Part shown: piece by piece, positions 56,820 to 64,000 of the stretch | Layout: each line of letters starts with the position of its first letter | Numbering within the stretch: the stretch's first letter is position 1 | Source of the DNA: a plasmid | Sequence record: NZ_CP099764.1 | Length of the DNA stretch: 64,000 nt | Strand: one strand, 5' to 3' | Position numbers and translations under genes: made by a program | Notes under the pieces: model-generated | What the model saw: only the letters and a program-made list of their open reading frames with translations | Told to the model about the DNA's origin: nothing | Databases searched by the model: none

Positions 56820-57317
56820 TTATTGCCTGTCATAATAGTCCTGCCAACGAGTCCCAAAAGTATTTCCCGCTGAATCAAAGCCTCCATGCATAGGATATCC
56901 GGTTGAAGGGTTATAGTAGATCGTTGGGGTCTGTTCAATGCCCCCGAAGTCTAACTTTTCACTCCCATCATATTGGTCTTTGAGTTGATTTTGCCCCCAT
57001 TTTTTTATGCTTATGCAACCACTAACTCGCCTTAATTCGTATAGTGTACCAATGATAAAAACCATCAGGCTTAATAACGGAGAGAGTAAGGAAGATACTG
57101 GCATCGTTATATACCAAACGCCTTTACTAAACTTAAACTCATCCGACACATCCCGTTTTTTTCGTATTTGAGAGAACAACCAGATAAACAGTCCCTGCCA
57201 TAGCACTATGAAGAACAGCATAAAAACTGTTTCGGCATTCCCCCAATCAGCCAGATAACAGGCGATAAACTGTATCACTGTTACCAGAGCAATATGGGCT
57301 AAACATCTCATTATCAT
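56820..57317 (-). CDS. traS: Entry exclusion inner-membrane protein TraS
   Basis: Hydrophobic 165-aa ORF between traG and traT. Confidence 0.7.
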   Translation of the reverse strand: MIMRCLAHIALVTVIQFIACYLADWGNAETVFMLFFIVLWQGLFIWLFSQIRKKRDVSDEFKFSKGVWYITMPVSSLLSPLLSLMVFIIGTLYELRRVSGCISIKKWGQNQLKDQYDGSEKLDFGGIEQTPTIYYNPSTGYPMHGGFDSAGNTFGTRWQDYYDRQ

Positions 57318-57332
57318 CTCCCAAACACAGTA

Positions 57333-60155
57333 TTATTGCTTATACTTATCCTGATACTCCTTTGCCCTTTTCATCAGTTCCTGTGGACTGTCAGCTCCGG
57401 GCATTCTTTCCTGAGCCGACTTTTCTTCATTATATTTATTATTCTGAGATAATGACTCTGTTTTATGGTGATTCTGCAGTTCAGAATACTGTCCTCTTAC
57501 AATATTTTCCTCGCCACGTATGCTGTTCTGAGTATCACCTATATTCCCTTTATATTCTGTGACCATATTATCAACCTGATGTTTTACATCATTACGGATA
57601 TTACTGTCCTGCGTTCTTTGCTCAATAATGGCCTGATGTCCCTGATGGTCAGCAATAATATCCTGACTGCCTCCACCCGAAGGTACGCTCTCCATTCCTT
57701 TACCAATATCGCCACGGGATTCCCGCCAGGCATTATCAACACCAGGCTGTATCTGTTCCTGCACAAAAGACCAGGCCATTGCCCGACGGCGTTCTGCAAT
57801 CTCCGGCGAACTGGTATTTGTCAGAATAGCTTCGGCATCCTGCGGTGCGTGTTTCATCACATACTGTGCAAACTGTTGCGACAAATCTTCGCTCATCTGC
57901 CCACTCATGCTTTCAGTACGGGATGCCATTTCAGCATATTCATGGCTGCGGGTCATATTCGTCGTGTACTGGTCGTAACTCTGTTTCGCTGAATTCAGGG
58001 CTGCAGACAGTTGATCCACCCGGGAATCAGCATTATTGTCAGTATGGCTGCCGGATTCACTGACTTTGCGACTGGTAAAGTAATCGCTGGCCTCTTTAAA
58101 GTCCTTACTGGCTTTAGCGTCAATATCATGACGAGCATCATAGCTGGCCCGTGAACCACTGCTGGCCTGATGCGCATCATCATCACTCCAGTCAATGCCA
58201 GCCCGACCACCACCTCTAACGCCTAATCCTCCACCAACACCAAGAATTTTAGGTTTAACCCCCCATTCAGCATGAGCATCTCCATACATCCCGGCAGAAG
58301 CTCTCGTACTTCTGGATGCCAGTTCCTGAGTCGCCTGCTCATTACTGATATTATGCGCCTTCGCATAGCTTTCCACTGCACTGCGCATACGGCTGGCCAT
58401 CATGGAGTCCTGTGCACTCATCGTACTGTCAGCACCACTGGTGACAGAGTCACTGCTCCCCCGGTTAGAACCAAACTGACTGAGCGTGTTCCAGGCACTG
58501 GCAATACTGCTGCTGAAACCATGCAGGGCACTTTCTGCTCTGTTCGACGCCTCCCGGGCCATTTCCTGTTGTGCCGCTGCAATCTGACGCGTTGCATTGA
58601 TACCGACCGGTAAACGGGACATCGCTCCGCTTGCATCCATCACCATATTACCGTCACGGGTCTGTGTGGCGGTTGCGCCACTGCCGGTCTGGTACATCAT
58701 CTGACCAAACGACGTGGTGCTGTTGGTGCTCCAGCTGAAGCCGTTCACGTTTTCCGTCTGCATGTTACCGTAGGAGTAATTACCGTCAACCACACTACCT
58801 GCCGCACTGGCAGTCGGGCTGATAGCAGAGGAAGCGAAATGGCTGTACACACTGGAAAATCCGGCCCCAAGCCCCCTGACCATCATCCAGGATAATGGCG
58901 GGATCATCATGGAAAGATACCCGGCAGTGGAAGCCAGATCGGAGTATTTCAGTTGTATCTGTGAAATTTCAGAGAGCAACACCGGCGCACCATTCTGTTT
59001 CGCATAAAATGTCATGGCACTGTTCAGAATGGCGTACAAGAGTGGCCATGACTGCAGCCACATCAGGGCAAACACATAACCTTTCAGGACAGACAGCGTC
59101 AGTTTGTTGAATACAGCCGCCAGTACCAGGAGCGGGAAAATACCGATGGCGATCCCCGTCAGGATGGTCTGCGTCATGGGCAGTGTCCGCATCGCCACAT
59201 GACCGATGGAGACATGTGCCAGACGTTGTTTCTCCATCGATGACGTGGTGGCCAGATTCACCAGGCTGGCCGAATCACCATTACGTGCGGCATAACTGGT
59301 GATCCCCTCCTTCAGCGCATTGATGGTGACATTCTGGCGGATGATCTGGCTGGCTGATTTACTTGAGCCATAGAAGTAACTGTAACTGTCGCCAATCAGC
59401 GTACTGAACAGCAGGTTAGGATCAGGGCGTCCACCAAATAGCTGCTGGGCATAATAATGCCAGGTTTTTCCGCCACTCTGTGTGTCCAGATTCAGCTTGT
59501 CTTTCAGCGAAACCGACGCGTCCTTACAGGTTACGAAATTATTATTGCTGTCATAAACGCCCCGCAGCGGGCTGGGGCGGGAAAAAATCAGCGTGTAGGG
59601 ATCAGCGGAGGCCATCAGCTCCTCCAGCGTGTATTTGTGGTTCAGGTAAATATCCCCCATCACACAGTTCTGCACATAATCCTGGAAAAGATTGGCGATT
59701 TCCGGATTGCGGGACAAAAAGTCGGTGCTTTTTGATACCAGTTCTGCGCCAAACAGCATCCCCGTTTTGCTGTAGGTGACACTGTCCGGTTGCGTGAAGA
59801 TCATCTCGTAACTGGCCACCATTGCATGCCCGATACGGGTCGTCAGTGAAAGTGGCATCGCCAGTCCGACCGGCACATTATCCACCCGGTGAACTTTGAC
59901 CAGGTCACTGTTATCAATAATCTGCACCGATGTGCGGACATTAACCAGCAGGCTGATAAGCACAAATACGGCCACCCAGCCCAGCAAATCCATCACGTTG
60001 TGCCGCTGTACCCACATTACGGCCACCGCGAGAACAGACAATGTGAGCGCAATTTTTTCAATGGAATCCCACGTCCTGGTTCCCATAAAGGCGGCAATGG
60101 CGTTCAGGTTATTCCGCAACCACTCACCACCGGCAATCACATAAACTTCATTCAC
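57333..60155 (-). CDS. traG: Mating-pair stabilisation / entry-exclusion protein TraG (F-type, 940 aa)
   Basis: N-terminal polytopic domain + long periplasmic C-terminal domain; canonical position. Confidence 0.9.
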   Translation of the reverse strand: MNEVYVIAGGEWLRNNLNAIAAFMGTRTWDSIEKIALTLSVLAVAVMWVQRHNVMDLLGWVAVFVLISLLVNVRTSVQIIDNSDLVKVHRVDNVPVGLAMPLSLTTRIGHAMVASYEMIFTQPDSVTYSKTGMLFGAELVSKSTDFLSRNPEIANLFQDYVQNCVMGDIYLNHKYTLEELMASADPYTLIFSRPSPLRGVYDSNNNFVTCKDASVSLKDKLNLDTQSGGKTWHYYAQQLFGGRPDPNLLFSTLIGDSYSYFYGSSKSASQIIRQNVTINALKEGITSYAARNGDSASLVNLATTSSMEKQRLAHVSIGHVAMRTLPMTQTILTGIAIGIFPLLVLAAVFNKLTLSVLKGYVFALMWLQSWPLLYAILNSAMTFYAKQNGAPVLLSEISQIQLKYSDLASTAGYLSMMIPPLSWMMVRGLGAGFSSVYSHFASSAISPTASAAGSVVDGNYSYGNMQTENVNGFSWSTNSTTSFGQMMYQTGSGATATQTRDGNMVMDASGAMSRLPVGINATRQIAAAQQEMAREASNRAESALHGFSSSIASAWNTLSQFGSNRGSSDSVTSGADSTMSAQDSMMASRMRSAVESYAKAHNISNEQATQELASRSTRASAGMYGDAHAEWGVKPKILGVGGGLGVRGGGRAGIDWSDDDAHQASSGSRASYDARHDIDAKASKDFKEASDYFTSRKVSESGSHTDNNADSRVDQLSAALNSAKQSYDQYTTNMTRSHEYAEMASRTESMSGQMSEDLSQQFAQYVMKHAPQDAEAILTNTSSPEIAERRRAMAWSFVQEQIQPGVDNAWRESRGDIGKGMESVPSGGGSQDIIADHQGHQAIIEQRTQDSNIRNDVKHQVDNMVTEYKGNIGDTQNSIRGEENIVRGQYSELQNHHKTESLSQNNKYNEEKSAQERMPGADSPQELMKRAKEYQDKYKQ

Positions 60156-61528
60156 CGCGTGCTCCCTCCGAAGTGATAGTTGTTCTGGTAACGACTGAGC
60201 ATGCGGGCGGAAAGCTGCTGACGCATGTAGCTCATCTGACGATCGACAACCAGCAACGCATCCTGCTGTACCTGCACCTGTGACTGAAACGCCGCAATCT
60301 GCCGGGTGGCATCATTCATGTTGTCGTTAATATGTCCGATAACCGCTTCGTCATAATTTCCCGTGGCCACCATCGCCCGGGCCTGCTGTATCAGCTCCTG
60401 AATGTACTGCAGCAGGATGTCGTAACCGATATAGTCCGTCAGCTGGTAAATCATGCTGTTGGAAACTCCGAGCATCTGCGGGTCAACCAGGTATTTGAAG
60501 ACGGGGATGGTGGTACTGGAAATAAAGCCTTTTTCCTTGTCATCCAGAGGCGTGTCACTGACCGCCTTGTTCTGAATGCTGGCCAGAAGTTTAGTAATCT
60601 GAGACTTCAGTGCATTATCCCGGCTGATAGTCACCGGTGTGTCTGCCACCACTTTCAGGCATTTATCAGAATCGTTGCAGTGATAAATTTTTGCTGTGCC
60701 GCCTTCCATCATGGCCCGGATAATTGAGCGGTCAGTGGTTCTGGCTGACAGCGGTGTGATTTCGCCGTTGGGACCAAACACCAGTGAGCCGGTCAGCGTC
60801 ATCACAAATTCTTTCAGCTCTTTGTTGCCGTCAAACATTCTGTTTTTGGAAAGCGCATTCCACATGATGTTGATGTTTTTGGTCACCCGCTCCTTATCCT
60901 TGTCGCTGGCTTTATCCCTGACACTGTCAGATTTCCCGCCAACGGTACATCCCTGCCGGGAAGCCGCCCAGTCAGCAAAAATATTGCTCTCACCGGCAAT
61001 GTCCTGACAGACTTTCTGCTGGGACACCTGCGTCCGGGGGAAAAGCCCGCCGATAATCCCCTGTGCAGCCTGGCAGGAACTGAGGTTCATACTGTTAATG
61101 TCGCTTGCCATTTTCTGCACGAAGTCTTTTGCGGTTTTTATTTCCGGCACCGTTGTCTGCAGGGCAAGGTCAAAAAAGTAACCGGCAGCATTGCTCATAA
61201 TCTGCTTAACAAAACGCTGCAACTGCTCACCATTAATAAAACTGAACGAGCCGAGATAGGCGTCGATGCCGCCACATCCAGCATTGATATCCGGCAGCGT
61301 CATGGAAATTAGCTGAACATTTTTGACCTGAGTACGGGCATACAGGGAGCCACCGTAAGCATAGCCGGCGGCCTGCCCCTGCCAGACGCCCGGCTGTGTG
61401 GTATTGGAAGCAAATCCCAGCTTATTAAAGAACTGATTCATGTCGCTGTTCACATCCGCTGACGCTGCAGGCGTCACCGTCAGTAAGGCGGCACAAAGAA
61501 CCAGAAGAGGTTTAATGCGTGGCATCAT
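60152..61528 (-). CDS. traH: F-type T4SS assembly protein TraH (458 aa)
   Basis: MMPRIKPLLVLCAALLTVTPAASADVNSDMNQFFNKLGFASNTTQPGVWQGQAAGYAYGGS... Confidence 0.9.
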   Translation of the reverse strand: MMPRIKPLLVLCAALLTVTPAASADVNSDMNQFFNKLGFASNTTQPGVWQGQAAGYAYGGSLYARTQVKNVQLISMTLPDINAGCGGIDAYLGSFSFINGEQLQRFVKQIMSNAAGYFFDLALQTTVPEIKTAKDFVQKMASDINSMNLSSCQAAQGIIGGLFPRTQVSQQKVCQDIAGESNIFADWAASRQGCTVGGKSDSVRDKASDKDKERVTKNINIMWNALSKNRMFDGNKELKEFVMTLTGSLVFGPNGEITPLSARTTDRSIIRAMMEGGTAKIYHCNDSDKCLKVVADTPVTISRDNALKSQITKLLASIQNKAVSDTPLDDKEKGFISSTTIPVFKYLVDPQMLGVSNSMIYQLTDYIGYDILLQYIQELIQQARAMVATGNYDEAVIGHINDNMNDATRQIAAFQSQVQVQQDALLVVDRQMSYMRQQLSARMLSRYQNNYHFGGSTR

Positions 61529-61938
61529 TCTTGCCCTCCCTTAATGTGTTCTCCCGGTGCATACGACATTTCAGCAGGAATATCTCGATATTTCCGTATA
61601 TTAATTCGCACATTGGGGACAGAAAAAAATGTAACAAGAAACCCGGCTGCAAGCGCATATAACGTATACGGAATGGCATATATCAGGATATTCCACATAT
61701 AACTCGAATTATTTAATTCCGGGTCCGCTTTCCACGAATCAATACAGGCATCAAAAATAATATCCATAACTGTCCATAAAACAATTCCGGCAGTCAGGAA
61801 TACCAGAGACAACCCAGCATACCTGCCAGTAATTCTGGAAATGTATTTATAATCTCGTTCTGTACTTCTGATTTTGAGCTCAGGATTACTTTTATTTTCT
61901 CTCATTATAAGTTCCCTCTGATATTTCCGATGATTCAT
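61525..61938 (-). CDS. trbF: TrbF (F-type transfer-region membrane protein)
   Basis: Position between trbJ and traH; 137-aa membrane ORF. Confidence 0.65.
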   Translation of the reverse strand: MNHRKYQRELIMRENKSNPELKIRSTERDYKYISRITGRYAGLSLVFLTAGIVLWTVMDIIFDACIDSWKADPELNNSSYMWNILIYAIPYTLYALAAGFLVTFFSVPNVRINIRKYRDIPAEMSYAPGEHIKGGQE

Positions 61939-62266
61939 TCAGACCGGTCATGCGGCTGTAATATATTTCAGACACCGAAATCCATCCCACAATTGCCCCC
62001 ACAAAAAACACAACAGAAACAGAAAAGGTAAGACTCAGCGAAACGACAATTTCTACAGGGCTGGCGGGATAAAAAAGCCCCTGACGGATAAAGGGGATAT
62101 TCAGGCTGACGATTATTCCCGTCACGATGCCGGATATTCCGGCAATGAGTAACACCACCTGCTTATTTCGCACCTTTTTTTCCTCCGTACATCTGCAAAA
62201 CGGTATCCACCCGCGCCATAAAACCGGCGGCATCCGTTGCCCCCTGTAAAAGCGGTAATGCCTCAA
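61892..62266 (-). CDS. trbJ: TrbJ (start uncertain; longest ORF overlaps trbB 3' end)
   Basis: Small membrane ORF between trbB and trbF. Confidence 0.5.
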   Translation of the reverse strand: MRHYRFYRGQRMPPVLWRGWIPFCRCTEEKKVRNKQVVLLIAGISGIVTGIIVSLNIPFIRQGLFYPASPVEIVVSLSLTFSVSVVFFVGAIVGWISVSEIYYSRMTGLNESSEISEGTYNERK

Positions 62267-62708
62267 GCGTGTTGACGTTGACCAGGAAGGTGGTCGGTGT
62301 GGCCACCGGGATATTCGGGAAGAAGGTCTGCATCACCTCCGGTGGCACCGGTAATGCTTCAGGAAAGGCCGTATCCCCCTGACCATCCAGGGTGTAGGAA
62401 AAAACGGAAAAGCCGTACTGCTGTGCCAGCTGTTTCAGTACCGGGTCAAACTGGTGACAGTAAGGGCAATGCCCCTGCATAAACAGCACCACCTTCCAGT
62501 CGGCCAGGTTAACCTGCCTGCCATTACTGAGGCGGAACCAGCGGGGAGCCGGCTTTGCTGTCCTGGCTGACGTGCCTGCTGCCGGTTGTGCAGGCTGCGT
62601 AGCCATACCCTGCGGATTCCAGAGTCGCTCTATTTCATCCCGGGTGGAGGCCTGCACAGCAGCGGCGCTCAGCAACAGGGTGAACAGCAGTGATTTAGTG
62701 AGAGACAT
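62163..62708 (-). CDS. trbB: TrbB, periplasmic thioredoxin-like disulfide isomerase (CxxC motif CPYC), 181 aa
   Basis: Signal peptide + HCPYCHQF thioredoxin motif. Confidence 0.85.
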   Translation of the reverse strand: MSLTKSLLFTLLLSAAAVQASTRDEIERLWNPQGMATQPAQPAAGTSARTAKPAPRWFRLSNGRQVNLADWKVVLFMQGHCPYCHQFDPVLKQLAQQYGFSVFSYTLDGQGDTAFPEALPVPPEVMQTFFPNIPVATPTTFLVNVNTLEALPLLQGATDAAGFMARVDTVLQMYGGKKGAK

Positions 62709-62979
62709 GTCCGCCCTCCTGCTGCCCTTCCATCATGGCCTGTTGCCTGGCTTCCAGTGCCTCACGCTCTTCCCGGCTGACACGGGCAATCCATGCATCC
62801 AGCACCTGGTATGCGCCGAACAGTACGAGAATGGCCGCAATCAGCTCCGCCAGAAAAAAAGCCATCCAGGGTTTGCTGTAAACAAGACGGGCGACGATAT
62901 GAAACCAGACACCCAGGGAAAATACCCACATTCCCGTAATATCAAGCCGGGGTAAAGAGAATCTGCGTTTACTTATCAT
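62695..62979 (-). CDS. traQ: Pilin chaperone TraQ (94 aa)
   Basis: MISKRRFSLPRLDITGMWVFSLGVWFHIVARLVYSKPWMAFFLAELIAAILVLFGAYQVLD... Confidence 0.85.
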   Translation of the reverse strand: MISKRRFSLPRLDITGMWVFSLGVWFHIVARLVYSKPWMAFFLAELIAAILVLFGAYQVLDAWIARVSREEREALEARQQAMMEGQQEGGHVSH

Positions 62980-63059
62980 GTTAAACTCCGGTTATTATTT
63001 ACATGAGAGTATTCATGTCTGTAATATTCGCGTTTGTGTGATATTAATCAGAGGTACAA

Positions 63060-63374
63060 ATGGAAAAGCGATCTTTTAAAGAAAAACTGGAAATAATCAG
63101 AAACATAATAAGAGAGTCGTTACTGGGAAATGCGGCAATTATTGCGCTGATATATGCAGCATCACATTCATTACCGGTCAATGCCTTCCCTGACTATCTT
63201 GTAATAAGTTTATTAAGTATCGCAGCAGGCATCGTTGTATTATGGTTATTTTCAATTATCTATATTTATTTTTGTGAGCTATTCAGAAGCCACTGGATTG
63301 CGGTATGGTTTATCATATGGTCTTCAGTAATCAACCTCATTATTTTGTATGGTTTTTATGACCGTTTTATATGA
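63060..63374 (+). CDS. artA: ArtA, 104-aa hydrophobic ORF on the anti-tra strand between traQ and trbA
   Basis: Only plus-strand ORF within the minus-strand tra block; length and position match F artA. Confidence 0.6.
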   Translation: MEKRSFKEKLEIIRNIIRESLLGNAAIIALIYAASHSLPVNAFPDYLVISLLSIAAGIVVLWLFSIIYIYFCELFRSHWIAVWFIIWSSVINLIILYGFYDRFI

Positions 63375-63375
63375 C

Positions 63376-63723
63376 TTAGCCTGTCATAAGCCCCCTTATA
63401 AAAAACCACATCACTCCGGACCATACCGATGACAACACAATACAGATAAATATTCTTCTGAACCTGTCGAAGCTCGTAACGTCCGGTAATGCGGCCGCAA
63501 CTATTGAAACAACCAGTGCTGCGCCCTGACTCATAATTGCACCACACAGAAACCAGAGACTGGCGGTAAGCACATATAAACACGCGATATTAATAACAAG
63601 GAAAACCAGTGAGCTCAGGAGAAACATTTTCCTGTCATTACGCTCAGAAAAGAAATAACCGGCAATAATGACAAATATTAACAGAACAACACCTGTAAAC
63701 ATTTTCAAATAATCTTCACTCAT
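63376..63723 (-). CDS. trbA: TrbA (115-aa inner-membrane protein)
   Basis: Canonical position between traF and traQ. Confidence 0.75.
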   Translation of the reverse strand: MSEDYLKMFTGVVLLIFVIIAGYFFSERNDRKMFLLSSLVFLVINIACLYVLTASLWFLCGAIMSQGAALVVSIVAAALPDVTSFDRFRRIFICIVLSSVWSGVMWFFIRGLMTG

Positions 63724-63738
63724 AAATCAAATCCGCGA

Positions 63739-64000
63739 TTAAAAATTGGGTTTAAAATCTTCAGAAACGTTCAGGAACTGTTTTGCCAGGTCGTCCTGCG
63801 AAATAAAGCCGTATGATAACGGGCGAACACTGCCCTGTTTCGGGTCAACCAGCATCATGGCCGGGAAATATTTCACGCCGAGGCGCTGCGCCTGCCCCTG
63901 GTCAGTCCGGGAATCCGGCAACAGCGGATTAATCACGCCATCCACGGAAACGGGAATAACACTCAGACCATACGTATCCCGGAAGCCATTAATGACCTGC
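63739..64000 (-). CDS. traF: TraF (thioredoxin-fold pilus assembly protein), C-terminal part; gene continues beyond window end
   Basis: ORF open to the window edge; ...GVKYFPAMMLVDPKQGSVRPLSYGFISQDDLAKQFLNVSEDFKPNF. Confidence 0.75.
   Translation of the reverse strand, partial: QVINGFRDTYGLSVIPVSVDGVINPLLPDSRTDQGQAQRLGVKYFPAMMLVDPKQGSVRPLSYGFISQDDLAKQFLNVSEDFKPNF

Overview
This window is a contiguous piece of an IncF conjugative plasmid that carries two replicons, RepFIB and RepFIIA, and a large multidrug-resistance region. Both the resistance region and the F backbone are largely explained by known families; the stretches that remain unexplained are the AT-rich island at 31957-35018, a frameshifted AT-rich ORF next to the nuclease gene, and an operator-like palindrome cluster with its two-gene operon. 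No rRNA genes, tRNA genes or CRISPR arrays were seen.

Left part (1-37611):
- RepFIB repA (1-978) and its downstream iteron-like repeats are cut at 1118 by an IS91-family, IS1294-like element of 1713 bp.
- A second identical copy of that element lies inverted at 35899-37611. The two copies bracket about 33 kb.
- The bracketed region contains: sul2 directly against the upstream end of the IS; the C-terminal half of a hypothetical gene whose N-terminal half lies outside the second IS copy on the opposite strand, implying an IS-mediated inversion; and an IS26-bounded module (5438-28950).
- The IS26-bounded module contains, in order: a permuted Tn5393 (tnpA, a truncated tnpR, and strA-strB with the two terminal inverted repeats facing each other); aph(3')-Ia with an IS903 remnant and a truncated C45-family gene; a single-IS10 Tn10 remnant (jem genes, tetR, tetA(B), tetC, and a tetD truncated by an IS1 remnant); and an EcoRII-like restriction-modification pair.
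- The EcoRII-like endonuclease gene is interrupted by a 4.2-kb ISEcp1 transposition unit carrying an IS5 insertion, a blaCTX-M gene (CTX-M-1 backbone with Gly240, CTX-M-32-like) and wbuC. The unit is flanked by a 5-bp GAATA duplication, and the gene reads in frame across the junctions.
- Beyond the second IS26 lie a TonB-dependent receptor fragment, an IS66-family element with a frameshifted tnpC, an AT-rich island (PapB-family regulator plus an 8-TM membrane protein), and a small tyrosine recombinase.

Right part (37612-64000): F-type backbone. It holds two uncharacterised genes behind a palindrome-rich leader, a RelE/ParE-type toxin-antitoxin pair, the RepFIIA replicon (copB, copA region, repA1, oriR), srnB (hok-like), a thermonuclease, finO, a hydrolase and the distal tra operon (traX, traI, a vagCD insertion, traD, traT, traS, traG, traH, trbF, trbJ, trbB, traQ, the antisense ORF artA, trbA and a partial traF).
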